A stretch of DNA of 63,763 nucleotides, counting the filler, from Lenisia limosa (lineage: Eukaryota; Protista; Breviatea): NCBI GenBank assembly GCA_001655205.1. It is 10 parts of 10 records of this genome, joined end to end, with 100 filler letters (N's around TTAATTAATTAA, not from the genome) between each part and the next. Parts side by side here need not be neighbours in the genome. Positions count along the whole stretch, not along the records: positions 57,488 to 63,763 come from LPNZ01003376.1; 9 more parts are not named here. One strand, given 5' to 3'. Numbering within the stretch: the stretch's first letter is position 1; each line of letters starts with the position of its first letter. The position numbers were made by a program, and so were the translations under genes. Shown piece by piece: positions 62,506 through 63,763 of this stretch. The notes under the pieces were generated by a model. It made no database searches. It was not told where the DNA came from and saw nothing but the letters and a program-made list of their open reading frames with translations.

Positions 62506-63763
62506 TCATGGGAAACTTACATAACAATGGAAACAGGAAACAGGTTCAGTCAAAACGATCGTTTTCTTATTTGTGTCTTGGTTAGTAGGTCTTAGGTCAT
62601 GTTTTATTTAATCTTCATTTTGGATGTATCGAATGTTCACTCGGCGAGTTCAAGATCAGCATCCTCCTAAATGGTAATATCATATGTGTTTACATAACTT
62701 ACCAATGGATCACAAGTTCATGGAGCGTGTTGTAAAAGGTTTATGAATGTTATGGTGGTTAATATGTTAAGGATCAAAATCAAACATGTTTATCGCCTCA
62801 AACTATCAAAAGTTCATCAAGAGTAGTTCCTGCGGGCAGTGGATGCACCAGCTGGCTTGGAAGCTATAATGACATCAGCAACTCTAGACAGAAATGATGC
62901 CAGATTCTTCTTAACTTCTAATATTGGATATCGATATGATATCATATATGAATGATACACACTGACCAAGATAAGGTCTGATAAATGTAGAAAGCTGATA
63001 AAATCCCATATCAACAGATTTTACAAGGTGGTGGGAAAGTGTCATTTTAGTCTCAAAAAGACACCAATTTTTTAATCCTACTTTCGCTCTTTCTTTGGAT
63101 GCTGTAACATAACCTGGCCGTCAACATAACCTGGCCGTGAACCTCGGACCTTTTTTTTCGTTTATTTCATCATAATTGCGATATTGAACAAAAAAAAAAT
63201 ATAAGTGTTTTCCTCCTCGATTTTTTTCTCGTGGTTGTCTTCCTTTTGTTACCGGAGTTTTCTGTTGAGGAAAACACTCGTTCTCTTCGTAAACTTGTGT
63301 TTTCCGGCCAGAAATCTCCAGTAAAAAAAGAAAAAAAACCACTCCCAGGAAAAAAACTCGCGTTTTTCTTTTTAATACTTCATTTGGAAATGACTTTGGT
63401 ACTGTTAACTGCTATTTCTTCAAAAAATCAAATATATATGATATATGTGGGTCCTCAAAGCTCCAGACATCATTCAAAATTCCCGGACACATCAATACTC
63501 CATAAAATGATACAATAATATAACTGCCAATGTTATGATTATTGACAAATAATACAAAGCGTCACTTGACCGTGAACATAACCTGGCCGTGAACATCGGA
63601 CCTTTTTTTTTTTCAATATTACTTGCTATTGCTAAAGATTTTGTCAAAATAAGTGTGATACAACAAAAATTTTATTGTCAGATAGATATGTTTTTATACT
63701 TATTATAGGTGGAGGCACATGAGTGTGGGCACCCACATGAGTGTGGGCACTTTTTCATTTTTT

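Overview
This is eukaryotic, intron-rich genomic DNA, most likely from a flagellated protist (ZMYND10, CCDC77 and OSCP1 homologues are present); the taxon cannot be assigned from sequence alone. The window is not one contiguous molecule. Nine artificial 100-nt spacers (N44-TTAATTAATTAA-N44) join about ten contigs, and many further N gaps sit next to long G/C homopolymers. The six-frame ORF track is mostly uninformative, so I spliced exons by hand using GT-AG and the standard code. Recognisable genes: Sec20/BNIP1 SNARE, a VWA-Vwaint-Vint (Hedgehog/intein-like Hint) protein, a CBS-domain protein, an NTF2/NXT1-like fragment, an RCC1-repeat protein, a Kelch+2xEGF+TM membrane protein, a cathepsin C-like protease, CCDC77, OSCP1, a DGAT2-family acyltransferase, ZMYND10 and CRIPT, plus several unknown genes. 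Introns are either tiny (about 35-70 nt) or long and packed with at least six short repeat/MITE families. The most notable signal is a ~120-145 nt dispersed element that repeatedly forms the 3' end and acceptor AG of introns in unrelated genes (introner-like). It occurs alongside many weak GTGGGG donors followed by G-runs and acceptors preceded by C-runs. All exon models are manual and need RNA-seq confirmation.
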